From the NCBI GenBank assembly GCA_000165425.1, contig CT868020.1, forward strand, positions 124,001-188,000: a stretch of DNA of 64,000 nt. The letters are read 5' to 3'. This stretch comes from Paramecium tetraurelia. Its lineage: Eukaryota. The first letter of the stretch is position 1. Every line of letters begins with the position of its first letter. A model generated the notes under the pieces. The model saw only the letters and a program-made list of their open reading frames with translations, made no database searches and was not told where the DNA came from. Below, piece after piece: positions 13,613-27,000 of this stretch. The position numbers and the translations under genes were made by a program.

Positions 13613-14566
13613 TCAAGTGGAACTATTTACTTGTTTAAAGGTTCCGTATTCACCATAATCAATTATCTCCTTTTTCTATTCTTTTTAATCAGATGTTTAC
13701 AATAAATCCGAATGATGTGCCATCTAAGCAACTGGATCAGACTAAAAGAAAGGATGATTGATTGCATCCTCTATCTTAATTCTATCTTTGGGTGTGTAAA
13801 TCAGCATTCTACTAATCAAATCTAGTATGTAATAGTCGAATTTGAATTTGAAGAGTTCTGGGAACGAGACCTTTTTAACTTTTATGAGATTAGCCTCTGT
13901 GATTGCGAAATTACTCATTTGTTGGATCTCATGATTTGAAGGAGTCCCAAGAATCTTAATTATTGAGAGCAGAATATCAGCACTCTTAGTTCCTTTGAAT
14001 AGAGGCTAACCCAAAAGCACTTCGGATATCACACAACCAGTTGACCAGATGTCCAAATACTCTGAAATGTGCCAATTTCCTAGAATCACTTCGGGAGGAG
14101 TGTAGCAGTTAATAATTTCAAATTTGCCTTATTCGTTCAACCTTTGTGTCATACTAAAATCATATAGCTTTAATTCGTTATCTCTTATCAAACAGTTCTA
14201 TGGGTTTATATTACAATGGACGAATCCCTGTTTATGCAATGAGTTAATAGCAATCAACAATTAATAAATGTACTTTTTGAATTCTTGATGGTTCATCTCT
14301 GTTTTGGATGCCAAAGTATTCGGCAAATACTCAAAGATCAAACTTATTGAATTTTCATGCTCACTAGTGAAGGAGGTTAACAGTTTGGCAAAGTATTGCT
14401 TCTCCTTTAATGTTTTCCAAACTTCGACTTCGTTCTTGTATTCCAAGGAAATCTTCTTGACTACGAAGTTGTTCTTCTACTTATCCGATGCTCGATAGAC
14501 GATTGTTCTGGCATTTTTAAATAGTATTTCTTCAACTGAATAAGTAATTTACTATTCATTTATCAT
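13613..14566 (-). CDS. CMGC/GSK3-like kinase fold, predicted pseudokinase (317 aa)
   Basis: Intronless 954 nt. VVKK, HCNINPQN in place of HRDxKPxN, YDFS, YTPPE, DIWSTGCVISEVLLGQPLF, IIKILGTP, HPFF. Confidence 0.85.
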
Positions 14567-14583
14567 ATTTATATTAAATTGTG

Positions 14584-17500
14584 ATGAATACTAATTTCCA
14601 AATAACTACTTAGACCTTCAAATAACTTCATGAACCCCTTTAGAAATTGCCACGGACTTGTCTCTTCACTGAATTATATAAAACCAAGGACAATAAGATA
14701 ACCAAGAAAAAAATATTTCAAACAAAAAAAGCATGGCTAACTTGGAAGGAAAGCATAACACGAGAACTAATACATTAAAGAACTCTCTCCGCAATGTACC
14801 CTGGGAAAGTTCTAACCATCCTGAATTACACAGTCGAAACTACCAACCATCAAAGAAATCTCTACATTACGTATGATTGTGGGGACGATGTCGAACCCCT
14901 ATTTCAATATTTGAACAACAACTCAGTTAGTTTTCAAGAACAGACCCAGATATTCGAATAATTATTACAAATCACTTGTATCTTGTACAAGTCTCAATTT
15001 GAACACACGAACCTTAAGCCGAACAATATATTATATACGAATAAATAAGTTCTAATCACGGATTTCGGAAGCGCAAGGACTAACTACCAAAACTTTCTAA
15101 AATAGTATTCATCTTCTGCTGAAAAAGATTGGTAGAATAATTTAATATTCTTTTACCCCCAAGAATATTAGTTCATCATGACAGAAGACAATGTAGACTT
15201 TAGAGAGGAGAGTTGGGAGAAACTAAAAGCTGAAATGTCCAATAAAACCTTTAGAAAAAGGATTGACATTTGGGCTTTGTCGATGATGATGATGCAAGTC
15301 TTTGAAAACAACCAAATCTTGCCAAACAAATTAACCAATTATTACGGATTAAACAACGAATTACTGCTCCAGAAAATTGAAAAACTCAAACAATTTTCAG
15401 CTGGTATCTACTCTGAGGTCATCCAATCTCTAGTCATCGAAAAGAAAGAACCAGAATAAGTTTATCAGAAGTTCATTAAGCAAAAACAAATGCTTAAAAG
15501 AGAATCTTCTTCTATGGAGTCTACATTTACTATCAAATAGATTTTTGACCTTGAACCTGATGATAACTATTTCCCATCTTATAAACCTGAAAATTATTTC
15601 CTTGACAAAAAGGAAATCAAATAAATTGAAGAGCAATATGATGATGATGCCTCCAGTGTTATTAGTTCTAATTATCAAATTGATGTGATTGGCTTCACAG
15701 AAAATAAACCTAATAACCTAACTCAAGTGCCCAATCTATTACCTCCAGTTAGAAGTTAAGGGGGCATTGGTAGATAGAAGCCATAAACCTAAAAATATGA
15801 TGTCGCTTAAAATGATCAAAGAATTTTTGGATTTCAAGATAAGGATGCACCTCCAGGCGAACCTAATAAAAGGAGAACAATTATGGTAACCAATTATGAT
15901 ATCTTGCAACAATAAAATCAGGGAAGTTCCTTTTAAGAACCCCAACCCATTAATGGCGGTGTACCCCTTTATCCAATTCAATCAGAAATGTATAGAAACA
16001 AAGAAAATCCAAATTAATTTTCACTGAAAAAAGTCGAAGATAAACCTGCTACAGGAGGAGGTGGTACTAGTGGCAAAATTGACCCAAATGTATAACTAGA
16101 ATTAAACAATAATAATTCATTAAATCCATTATAAATTATTTCATTGGCTGATAATTTTAATGAAAACGATGGTGAGATTTCATCACCAGGCTTTGAGCAA
16201 AATCAAACTTCAACTTTTTAATTTTAACAGGCTCAAAAGCTCGATACATTTAAGGAGAAGGGTACTCCCTAAAGAGTTGGGGGAGGTGATTTTATAAATA
16301 CTTTTGAAAACTTTTAATTTGCTGGTTTACAACCTGAGAATTTATTATAGTTTGAAGATCCAGATATAGATCCAAATAATACTGGAAGATTTATTGGGAC
16401 CCAGAATTAGTTATAACCAAATAAAAAATTTATTGATTTATTGGAAATAGATGATTTAAATGGTTAAGTTCCAAACCCTCCAATTTAAAATCAACCGTAT
16501 TAGGAAATATTTAAACCTGATCAGCAAGAATCTAATTTAATAAAAATAGAACCATCGAAATAATACTCGCCAAGCTAAATTGTCCCTTAAAAAGGGAGCT
16601 TAATTATTCTTAATGCCAACTAAAATCAAATTCCGATTATGGAAATTAGAGATAAATCCGAAATCACAAAACCAACAGTGCCTATAGTACAGCAAGATGA
16701 TTATGAGAACTTAAATAACGAAGATTTCAAGTTGATTCAAATTTCTGAAAATGATGATAATGACTTTTTAGATGGAGGAAAAAGGACAAGCTTAATCTAA
16801 TTTGGAAAAAATGATAGACAATTTTAGCCAGTCAGTTAAATTGACGATCCCATTCAACAAAAACCGGATAATGTTAAAATACCAACTAATCCCTATTCCT
16901 TAGATGTAATCAAGAAAATACTATAAGAAGGAGTGACACAATTATAAGATCCAGAGTAATCTGGGGTAACAGAAAAATTGAAATAGGTCTAAAAAGTTCT
17001 GGCTAAAGTTGTATAACATATAACTGATCCTGATGAAATTTTTGATAATGATGACCTATAACCTGAAGAAAAAATTCAAGTACAATAATTTCTAGTTGAA
17101 ATAAATAAGCAAAATGAAAAAGATATGCTAAAATTAATTGAAGATGTAAATGAAACCGTAGAAATAATTGAACAAAAGTAAAAAGTTGTTCAAAATATTG
17201 ATAATAAGGAAATTGAGAAAAACCCTCTTCTTCTTAATCTATTAAATGAGGATGAACTAAAAAGAGTAAAGGAGAGAAACTAGGGTAATAAAATTCTTAC
17301 AGAATAGATAGATAAACTGCTAGAAGTAAAGGATGATCTGAAAAAATTCAAATAGAATCCAAATATGCAAAATCTATTAAAAAAACAACAGCTTGATTTA
17401 CTGAATAAAGAGGAACTTAAAATATACCAGCGTTTATTAGAAATTATGCCCAAAGATAAAAGATAAGGGGATAAAATATTAATTTAACAACGGGAAATTT

Positions 17501-18603
17501 AACGTAGACTAGATGAACTCTAAAAACAGGAAAAAGAGGAAGCAATTAAAAAAAGATTTGCTGCATTTTTACTAGATCCATAGTATGATAAATTATTATC
17601 AAATAATGAGTTAATGCAGTTGACTGATGATGAAAAAAAGAAATACCAAGCAGCCCTTGAAGATTTATTGCTTAAAGTTCCATAAAGATAAAAAAAATCA
17701 ATTCAACAATAGATAGATCTCTTAAAAAAGGACAATAAAAAAAAGCACGAAAGCAAAAAGATTGAAATTTCTATCTTAGAAAGGTAGAAAAATCCACAAA
17801 ATGAATAGCAATTTTAAGATGCATATATGCATGTCATGAAAGAGTTGGGAGAAGAAGAGGATGGGGAGGTTCTCTCAAAAAATAAATATATAAGAGGATT
17901 TTAATAAAACAAAACGATTTCACAAATTACTGATATAATACCTGATGATTGCTAATAGTATTAACAATAGAGCAAAAATAGAAAAACCAAGTATTATGAT
18001 TTTAAAGGTTAAAAATATAAAGGATAAACCCTTAATGATATGCCTGATGGATTGGGAATATTAAGAAAGGAGGGAGTTTCATCCATATACAAGGGTATTT
18101 TTAAGGAAGGCAAATTCTATTGGGGATAAGTTTTGGAGATGAATGACGAAGGCTTGCTAACCGAATATGTCGGATATTATCATTTGCAACATAATGTCAA
18201 ACATGGAAAGGCAAGATTGAAGTGGTATTAGCCATAAAGAGAAGGATTCTGTGGAGATTATCAGTTTAGTGATCATGACCAATATGTAGGTCACTTTGTA
18301 TTGGGCTATATTCATGGAAAGGGAAAGAAGATTTATAAAGATTAGTCTGAGTATGAGGGAGATTGGAAGAAGAATAAGAGAGAAGGGCAAGGAAGGTACA
18401 CTTTAAAGAAGAAAGGATAGAAAACAATTACATATGAAGGAGAGTTCTAAAATGATTTTTAACATGGACAGGATATTAAGGCCATACATCATCATTAAAC
18501 AGGACTAGATTTGGTAGTTCAAGGAAAATATAGAAATGGAAAGCCTGTAGGATAGCATTAACTAATCTTCAATAATTAACCATAAAGATATATTGATTAT
18601 TGA
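14584..18603 (+). CDS. Large protein: N-terminal pseudokinase, acidic/coiled-coil middle, C-terminal MORN repeats (~1,339 aa)
   Basis: 4,020 nt in one frame. HTNLKPNN, TDFGS, DIWAL. MORN repeats such as YVGHFVLGYIHGKG and YEGDWKKNKREGQG at ~18010-18550. Confidence 0.85.
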
Positions 18604-18693
18604 CTAGATATTTATATAAGTGAGTTTTTTATAGATAGTACTATATTATATTGGGTTGGGCAATCAAAAATATATATTAAATTATTTATCAAA

Positions 18694-19388
18694 ATGTTGA
18701 GTGTGATTTTAAGAAGAAGCGCCTCAAAAAGTATTGCAATTAGAGGCGGTCATGGATGGGATAGACCAGACGTACCTCTGACAATTGCATATCAACATAA
18801 AAGGAGAGTATGCATCTATTTATATTGCTTTATAGATGGATGTTTTTGATACAAATTTATGGTTTTATTGTGGAGTGATGCCTGAATACTTTATCAATTA
18901 GAGTAATTAATTAATCTGAACTGTAGATGAGGGATATTTGAATTCTGCTTAAAATGCCATTAAATATTTGATACTAGATTCGAAATATATATTTGCAGCT
19001 TTTGCAGCGATTTTTTTCACATATGAAGTATTCTATGAAGCAAGATTCTGGAACATCCAACCAGATTATTTGAAAAACCCTATAGTCAACTACCCGAGAA
19101 AGGTGTAATAAGAGAGATCTTTCTTAGTTAAGCATTTCTTAGACTTAAGTAAGGACTTTCTTCATTATTATTATCTTAGGTATTACAGGTGATATGGGCA
19201 TGTAAAGAATGAATCCAGGGGAAAAGAGTTTCGCAACTGAACTATTGGAGACTTATGAAGAATAAAATAAACACATTCAACTCATGAATTTGGAAGGCAA
19301 GACATATATTGAAAGAGTTGAAGCTGAATCTAGACAAGCCGTAGCTAGAAGACATGGATAAGTTGAAGCTCATCACCATCATCATTGA
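18694..19388 (+). CDS. Mitochondrial single-TM protein, probably complex I subunit NDUFB8-like
   Basis: Presequence-like MLSVILRRSASKSIAIRGGHG. DTNLWFYCGVMPE resembles the plant/protist NDUFB8 D-x-L-W-x-x-G-x-x-P-E motif. One hydrophobic segment and 3 introns. Confidence 0.55.
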
Positions 19389-19768
19389 TATGAATCATAT
19401 TAAATAATCAAAGGAAAATTATCTTTTTGTTATGATAATAAGTATCACATCATCATTTAACTAATCTGTTCCAACAGATGCGGTCATAATTTCAACAACT
19501 TACAATAATTTTTGTAATTAATTCTCTACAAGAAAATAAAATAGTGTATTTTTATACTTTTTCAGTATTAATACTTATTGCAATTCTTAATTTTATATTT
19601 AATAAACCTCCAAAATATCACAGAACCCAAATAACATTAAATCAAATGAGCATTTTGAAAATGATTTTCCATTATGAAATTTGAAATCACCAGTATGATA
19701 ATCTTTATTCTATAAAACTAAAATCAGGTTTTTCAGATATTTTATTATATTTAAATCATAAACTCAAA

Positions 19769-20176
19769 ATGGGAACTGCCTGCTCTTTGAATCAATAATC
19801 TATAGAATTATCACCTTAAATAATATTAGATCGCTTTGAACTTAGAGCCTACCCTTTTTAATGCAATGCTAAACTCTATACTCATTGCCCTACTAGACAG
19901 GAAATTTCTAAAATTTTAGTTTAATAATCTAAGGAGTTTATTGATGAAGAACAGCCATCCGATTCTGGTGAGTCCTTTCTAGAAGATACTCACAAAAGAA
20001 CAGAATCTTAAAACACATAAAGAAATAGTTTAGATTTCTCAATAAATAAAACAGAATTTCATAAAAAAGGTATTCTCAGAAAACCTCATTCTTTAAAAAC
20101 GATAAGTCAAAAATAGGTTTAATAAAGACAAAAAAAGAAGGTTCATTTTTAAAAGTCTAAATTTGTGAATATGTGA
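19769..20176 (+). CDS. Small protein with MGxxCS acylation signal and GILR + KVHF motifs (135 aa)
   Basis: MGTACSLN..KKGILRKP..KKKVHFQKSKFVNM*, intronless and in frame. Confidence 0.75.
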
Positions 20177-20919
20177 ATACTCTTTTTGATTTTCATCTAT
20201 ATTTAGAATAAATCTTTAATTTAATATTTTTATTTTATAGATAAACCCCTTTTTATCAAAATTTATTCTGCAAATTCCTTTCCAATTATCAGTATTTTTT
20301 CTTCACTATTGATAGTTTTGGTTCGAAAAGTCAATCATCTAGATAGTCTATAGTTTGATTTTACTTAAAACATAATCCTTAAGACTAATTATTAAAGGGT
20401 GAATAATTTATTCAAATAGATTCGCTCTACTATCTAAACTAGCCAAACAATTAACAATTTAAGTGAGATATTCTAAATTAAATTTAATAATATACTTAGT
20501 TGCATATCAACTTGAAGTTAAATAATTAGTATTTGCAGAATTGACAACAACTAAGAATTTAATATAATTCCTTCCTATTCCTATGATGAATCATCTTATT
20601 TATAGAAAATGATAGCATTTTTGAGCATACCATACAAATAGCAATTGCCAATACCAAATTAAATTATGATTCTAGAATTATTCTTTTTGATTTGATCTAG
20701 CCCTAACATCTTCAATTAAATCCGTAGAATTAGTAATGCACATTGCTCTGGAATTTTTAGACAATTGTGTTGTAGAAATTTTTGATGAATTTTTACTAAA
20801 TTGTTTACAAAAAATTTTTTGATAATATTTAAAGACTAAAACAAATTAAATAATAAAAAAGTTAAGGCAGTGAATGTGAGATGATAAAGCTACTCTAAAT
20901 AATTATATAGGCTAAAGGG

Positions 20920-21251
20920 TCACTTATTTTTATAAATATTATCAATTGGGAAATTTATCTGACAACAATTGATATGGCCTTCTTATTTGCAGTGTAAACA
21001 TGTGGCTTTTTGAAAATCAAATCGAAATCCGAATAAAATTTTGGCTAGCGAATAGTTTTGCTACTTTTTTTTTAATTTATGTTTTAGAATGCTCACTAAA
21101 TAGTAAATTTATAACCTTTATATGCTTGTGGATTCATTTCAATACAGTCATCAGAGGAGGAAATCGATATTGGTTCCTGTAGAAGATGAAATAATACTTA
21201 TAAGATATCGTTGATTTGAGAATTTTTGCTTGACTGGTTTTACTATTCCAT
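20920..21251 (-). CDS. Small 96-aa protein with one zinc-knuckle-like motif, 2 introns
   Basis: MEQQNQSSKNSQINDILQ|EPISISSSDDCIEMNPQAYK|VSILK..ATCLHCKQEGHINCC..KNK*. Removing introns of 21 and 20 nt gives 291 nt. Confidence 0.65.
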
Positions 21252-21284
21252 TGAAAGGAAAATTAATTTAATATTGATTAATAA

Positions 21285-22937
21285 TCATTTCAATTAGTCT
21301 CGAACTTTCTTACACAAGGGAGTAGAGGGTAAGTTTTGCTCTGTATTATATTCTAAGTAATCTGTAAAGTCAGTATCCTTAAACCAATCGGCCAATCCGC
21401 AATCAATAAATTACTGAATGAAATCTAAACACAAGATGTTGAGAAAATCAGATTCTAAGATTAGTATCAAGGTGTCAATAAGTCTCAATGCCAAGGGATT
21501 TGGGAGAAGATCAAATAATTAAGAGTAATTTTTGTAGCTCATCAAAAATCTGATTAAATATAGATCATCACCTTCATGAAGTAGTAATTCAACAGCATCC
21601 TCCAACAACCCATCCTATTATAGTCTCATAGCCTTTTGCCATACATTCAGATTAGGTTCATGAATAATATTAGAATAATCAACAGTGTTTTCAAATTGAT
21701 CCTCAATCAAGGCTGATTTGATATCTTATTTAAATTGTTATTAAGTTTGTATTTTCTGATTTACATAAACTTGTCCTCCTCCAGTACCACTTTATTTTTT
21801 CAAGAATCCAGGAGATTAATCAAGAGAAACAGGATTAGGTATTAGATCACAATCAATTTAGAGTATTAGTCTCATCCATTCCTTTAAGGCAGCTCGAGCT
21901 GCATTTTAAACTGCGATTACTCTATCCTTAGTAGAATCTTCTAAAACGATGATAACTTATTCATGTAAATTTCCTAAGGCAATTTTGAAATTAGAGTTTT
22001 AATACTAAGAAGCTATTAATTTCATTAGATTTAATGCTCCTACTCTTGTCTACAATATTATCAAATAAAATTGATTACTCTGTAATTGAGTTTTAGATTA
22101 TTAATTCCTTAAAGTGTCTTATCAATAACTTGAATTTACTGACTTGTAAAACTTTAAATTTATAATGTCATTAAAATAAAGAACATAATGGTATAAAATC
22201 CAGAGTGATCTATTTATTATTTCTTGTTAGATTAATAAATACCAAATAAATCCCTAGATAATCTTTGACAACATCCTTTATGAATGCCAAATCCTAAGCA
22301 GTGGTTAATGTTTCAAATAATTATGCCAAAACTATGGTAGCAGTCTCTTATGTCTATCTACTACCGCCTGAACCAATCAATTAACTGAGAGTGGAATACA
22401 TCAATAATACCCTTTATTGAACAGGCTTTTTAGAGATGTTCTTAATGTAAATATTTGACCAACATTCACTGATTGCCACTTGGACATTATTGTTAGAATC
22501 CTAAGAATGATCATTTTATGTACATTGAAGTATTTGAGTATTATTTCTATAAATTTGTAAATATCTGTAACAGTAATTGTATCTCCATAAATACCTATAA
22601 TAATGTTGATAGTTTTGACAATGCTCTCACTTCCTTTACCATTAATTGGAGTTTGCAGACAAGTAATCAATAATTATAGATTCGCTTAGGATTGATTTTA
22701 TTAGACCAATTAAAATATATTAGAATAAGCAATTTGCCTAGTGCTTAGATCGTCTAACTTTGCTAGCCAATGTTGAAATTGAATTCTTAAATCATATTGA
22801 CTCAATGGCTATGCTTTCTGTATGTACTGTAATGCAACTCTAGATTTCTGATCTACTTGGGCCTTTGCTTCTATCTACTTTTTTAAGTCTCTCAAAACTT
22901 TCAAGGATGTGAATGCATCGAATTCTTCAAGACTCAT
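21285..22937 (-). CDS. TORTIFOLIA1/SPIRAL2-like HEAT-repeat microtubule-associated protein
   Basis: LRIQFQHWLAKLDDLSTRQIAY resembles the TOR1 N-terminus. DRVIAVQNAARAALKEW. C-terminal WQKAMRL..LEDAVELLLHEGDDLYLIRF. Confidence 0.7.
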
Positions 22938-22961
22938 TAGTTATTTATATATAAATAAAAT

Positions 22962-23815
22962 TCATTTCATTTTATCCAATTAGTTCAAATATTTTAAGTG
23001 TTCTTTCTCAAGACGAGCAATTTCATCATCAAAAGGATCTTTGCTAACATTATTGTTATCTGAAGGTTTATTTGGAGTACTTCTAAAAGGCTATTCATCT
23101 TTTTTCCTTGTTTAGGGTTTAGGGATATTTCTAGCAAAATCCATAGCTTTAGTTCTTGAATATATACTATTTCTACCTTGCATTAGGTTCAGATTACTTA
23201 GGCTCTTTTATTCTTGTACTTACAATGTTGGTTGTATTGAATTATCTAACTTATTCTGCAAATTCTTAACGCTTTAATACCTTTTCTCTTTCTTTTGCCC
23301 ATTCCTCTCCACTCAGATTTGGACCCAAGCCTCCCAATTTTGCATTTGCAGTCTTCTTCATAATTTCATAATCCTGTATAGTGTATGGCTTGTAGCGTTT
23401 TGTTTCATCTGCTGACTCCACTTTTTATTTAGCTGATTTTGATCGATTGTCTTCTTTCTTCTGTGGTTCTGTAGTTACTTGATAGCTGGCCTTTGGCTAA
23501 AAGTAGTATTATTGACTTAAGTATTGAAGAGAGTCCAATATTTATTGTTCCCCATTATAGGGGTTATACTAAAATAGGGTTTGATTTTTTGTATGATTGC
23601 TGTATTAAATTTTTGTTGGAGATATTTAAATATTTGTTTGTTGTTAGAGGGGCTAATACATTGGAGGAGGTGGCCTATTTTGATCTTGATTATTTGATAA
23701 TCATACAATCAAGTTCCTTCTTGATGGGCTATTGACATGAATTCAATACAGATTCTAATCCATTTTTACCCATCACTGATGTTTTCCCCTTGAACCTCTC
23801 TTAAAATGTTGCCAT
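22962..23815 (-). CDS. JHY-domain ciliary protein
   Basis: YKPYTIQDY..KLGGLGPN..EKVLKRQEFAEQVRQFN..SRTKAMDFARNIPKP matches the Jhy C-terminal pattern. Confidence 0.75.
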
Positions 23816-24086
23816 ACTTTAATTAAATAAATTATGTTATTATTATCAAAATTTAACAAGATTGATTAATTTCATTATTTTCTCATGGTTGATAGGCATC
23901 GGAATGCAATCAGTCTAATACATATTACATATTAGAACACTTTTTTATACAAAAATCTTTTATCAATAATTTTAATTAAAATATTTATATTGATACTCTG
24001 AAATTATTATTCAGATTTTTAAGACTAAAATAATAAATTAATTAAATGGATGAGAATAGTTTTATAAACTATAAAATAAGTTACAT

Positions 24087-27000
24087 TCATCTGGTTTAGT
24101 TTTTTTGGCTAGTTGTGATCGATTTCTCTAAAGGCACTAACTAAAACAGAACTGGCACACTCTTCTGTAATTTATCCAATTTTTAATTTCCAACTTAACT
24201 CTCCTACTCTATAACATTTGGATTGGTTTCTTCTCTTTTTTGTAACAATTTGGGAATACATCCTCTCAATAATTTGAAAATTGAATAGAACGATTTCACT
24301 AATTAGTAAAATAGTACACTTATTTCAACAAATAGAGTTAATATTACAAAAGCAATGATTATCCATCCAAAAGTTATTTTATGAGTTTCAATAAACTAAA
24401 TTTGGGTTTGATCATTAAAAGCAAATAGTACAATTATAAGCAATATTGAGCTTAAGCTGAGATCCGAGATAATTTAAAATGTAAATTATGCTTTAGTCTT
24501 GTAAGGATTCTCATATAAAATCAAAGCAAGTCCAAAATTACTTGCAACAAAACAAAACAAAGTTTACAATAGTGGCTAATTATAAAAGTATACTGTAAAG
24601 AATATATAAAATATTTTTCTTAACAATCCAAAAAACTTGTATTTAGCTCCAAAGGCGGAATCTGTATTAACATTCTCATAGTATATCTCATACTTTTCTT
24701 TGAAATATTCATTCTCTGCTAATAATTTGTGAATATTTATTGTATTATAAGACTAATGCAAATGGAATAAAATTAGACTTATAGAAACAACTGCAAGTAG
24801 CTAATTAATACCGACTACGATATGATCTAAGTTTTCGGCATAATTTATTTATAGCATAATTGCCAGAGTTATATCTAACAAGCACAATGAAATAGTTTAT
24901 TTTACTTTTTTTTTAAGTTCCTTTTAAATTGAATTAAGTTGGATTATCAAAGAATTTAATAATTTATGGTCTTTATTTTTCATCATCTATCCATTTTTTT
25001 CCGTCTTCTTATTTTCAATATGTTTTATACCTTCCAAATGAAAAATACTAAAGCGCTTTTCTTTTGGGTTATTTTTTTCATTCAATTTTGATCTTATCAA
25101 TAACAATAATAGAAAAAGAGATTTCATCATTACATAAATTGCAGTGGCAGAGAAAATGAACATGAATGGTATCTAAGCATTATTTAAAAATAAAGGGTTA
25201 ATGCCTTTACTCTCAAATCTTTAGGGGGCTTGGAAATAGTAAATACAACCAGGTTAATTTAGACCTTGGTATGTTGGAAAGTTAATTATCGAAGTCCAAT
25301 CTGAATTTAAGAAGAATATTTCTACATTAAATGGATAATGAACATTTAAAAAATAAAAGTTATTGATCCAACTTAAAATTTCTAAAACGGCCCATAAATA
25401 ATCGAATAAGTTTGTAATAATTGAAATGGGAATCAAAATTATGAATACCAAACCGAATGATTATTGAGCAGATGATATTGAATCAGCTTAATTTTATTGA
25501 TTATCAGTCTAGATAATGAGTTCTTCTGGTTCGATTTCAAATTAAATTATGTTTTCTGATTGATTTAATAATCTTAACTTAGCTTCTTCAAAGGTGAATT
25601 AAACATGAATCTTATTGAATTTATATATGGACTAATAGAATTTAAATTGAAGTCTACAATTACCTTAGTTGTTTGTTGAAGTAAATTCAAATTAACTAGA
25701 ATCATATGAATCTATATTAACCACTACCTCTTCACAATCTAAAGAGAACTTTCGATTTTCACTCTCCATCTGAAAATCAAATGAATGAAACCCAGAAGAT
25801 TTGATTTGCTTATAGTTTGAATAATCAATAGCCTATCCTTCTAAGTGACAAGCAGAATCACATCCATCCTCATCCTCCTCATTTCCATCATCGCATTGCT
25901 CTAAGGTAGCAACTAATATTCCATCACCACATATGGATACACAGGCCTTCGCTTCTGTATCAGTGTAAAATCCTTCATAAGATTCGCAAAAGTCGCAATC
26001 ATTTCTATAGCAGGATGTACAAAGGAACGAAGATTCCTAACAAGTTATGCAATTAGAATCACATAACTCACAGTTTTTGCCAACAGGAAAGTATCCCTCC
26101 TTGCACTTTTCGCAAATAAGCTTCTGGTTATTGCTTGAACAGTTATCACAGTTTTAGTCACATGTTTAACAAAGAGAAAAAGTTGGCCCATAACAAAGAT
26201 AACCAGGAACTACCTAACAGTTGATGCACCCTACATCATTAGGGTTATCACATTCTTCATTTTCAGCTTGATTTACTAAGCCATCTCCACATTATGTTTA
26301 GCAAATCGAATCTTGTAAGATGTAACCACTCATGCACATTAGGCATTATCCATAATGGCAGAACGAACAAAACTAATACTCGTCATGATTACAATCATCA
26401 TATTTAATTATCTTGCATTCAGAACATCCATCATAATTCTCTTGATTACCGTCATCGCATTCTTCTAGTCCCTAAAGAATAGAATCTCCACAAGTTGTTT
26501 CACATAATTTTGTTACGTCATTCAATTAATAACCATCCTCACATAAAGTACATTAATTCTCAATGCAAATTCTACATTTAAAAATACATGAAATTTCATC
26601 TTTTTCAAATAAGCGAGAATTATATGATACTTCAAAACTAGCCTTTGTAATGATTTGTTGAATAAGGGGGATATCATAAGATACTTATATACCTTTCTAA
26701 ATACATAATCCTTTTACACATATTAAACATTATTCTTCGCATTAAAATTTGCAATTAAAACATCCATCAAAAGGGAAATTATTATTGTCTTCACATTCCT
26801 CATCATCAGAAACTATACTATCTCCACATATAGATAAAGAATTTTTATTTAATTCCAGCACTTATGATTGTATTGACATTTCATATTCTTATTAGATAAA
26901 TGAACCAATAATGACAGAATCTAGAAAATTTCGTTCCTAAGATAACGATTCGCCTGAATCCTACATGAAAAAAATACATTTCCCTTTTATTTTTACAGTA

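Noticed and set aside
25880..26830. Recurring motifs resembling a repeat array
   Set aside because: They are protein-level Cys repeats, not identical DNA repeats with spacers, so not CRISPR.
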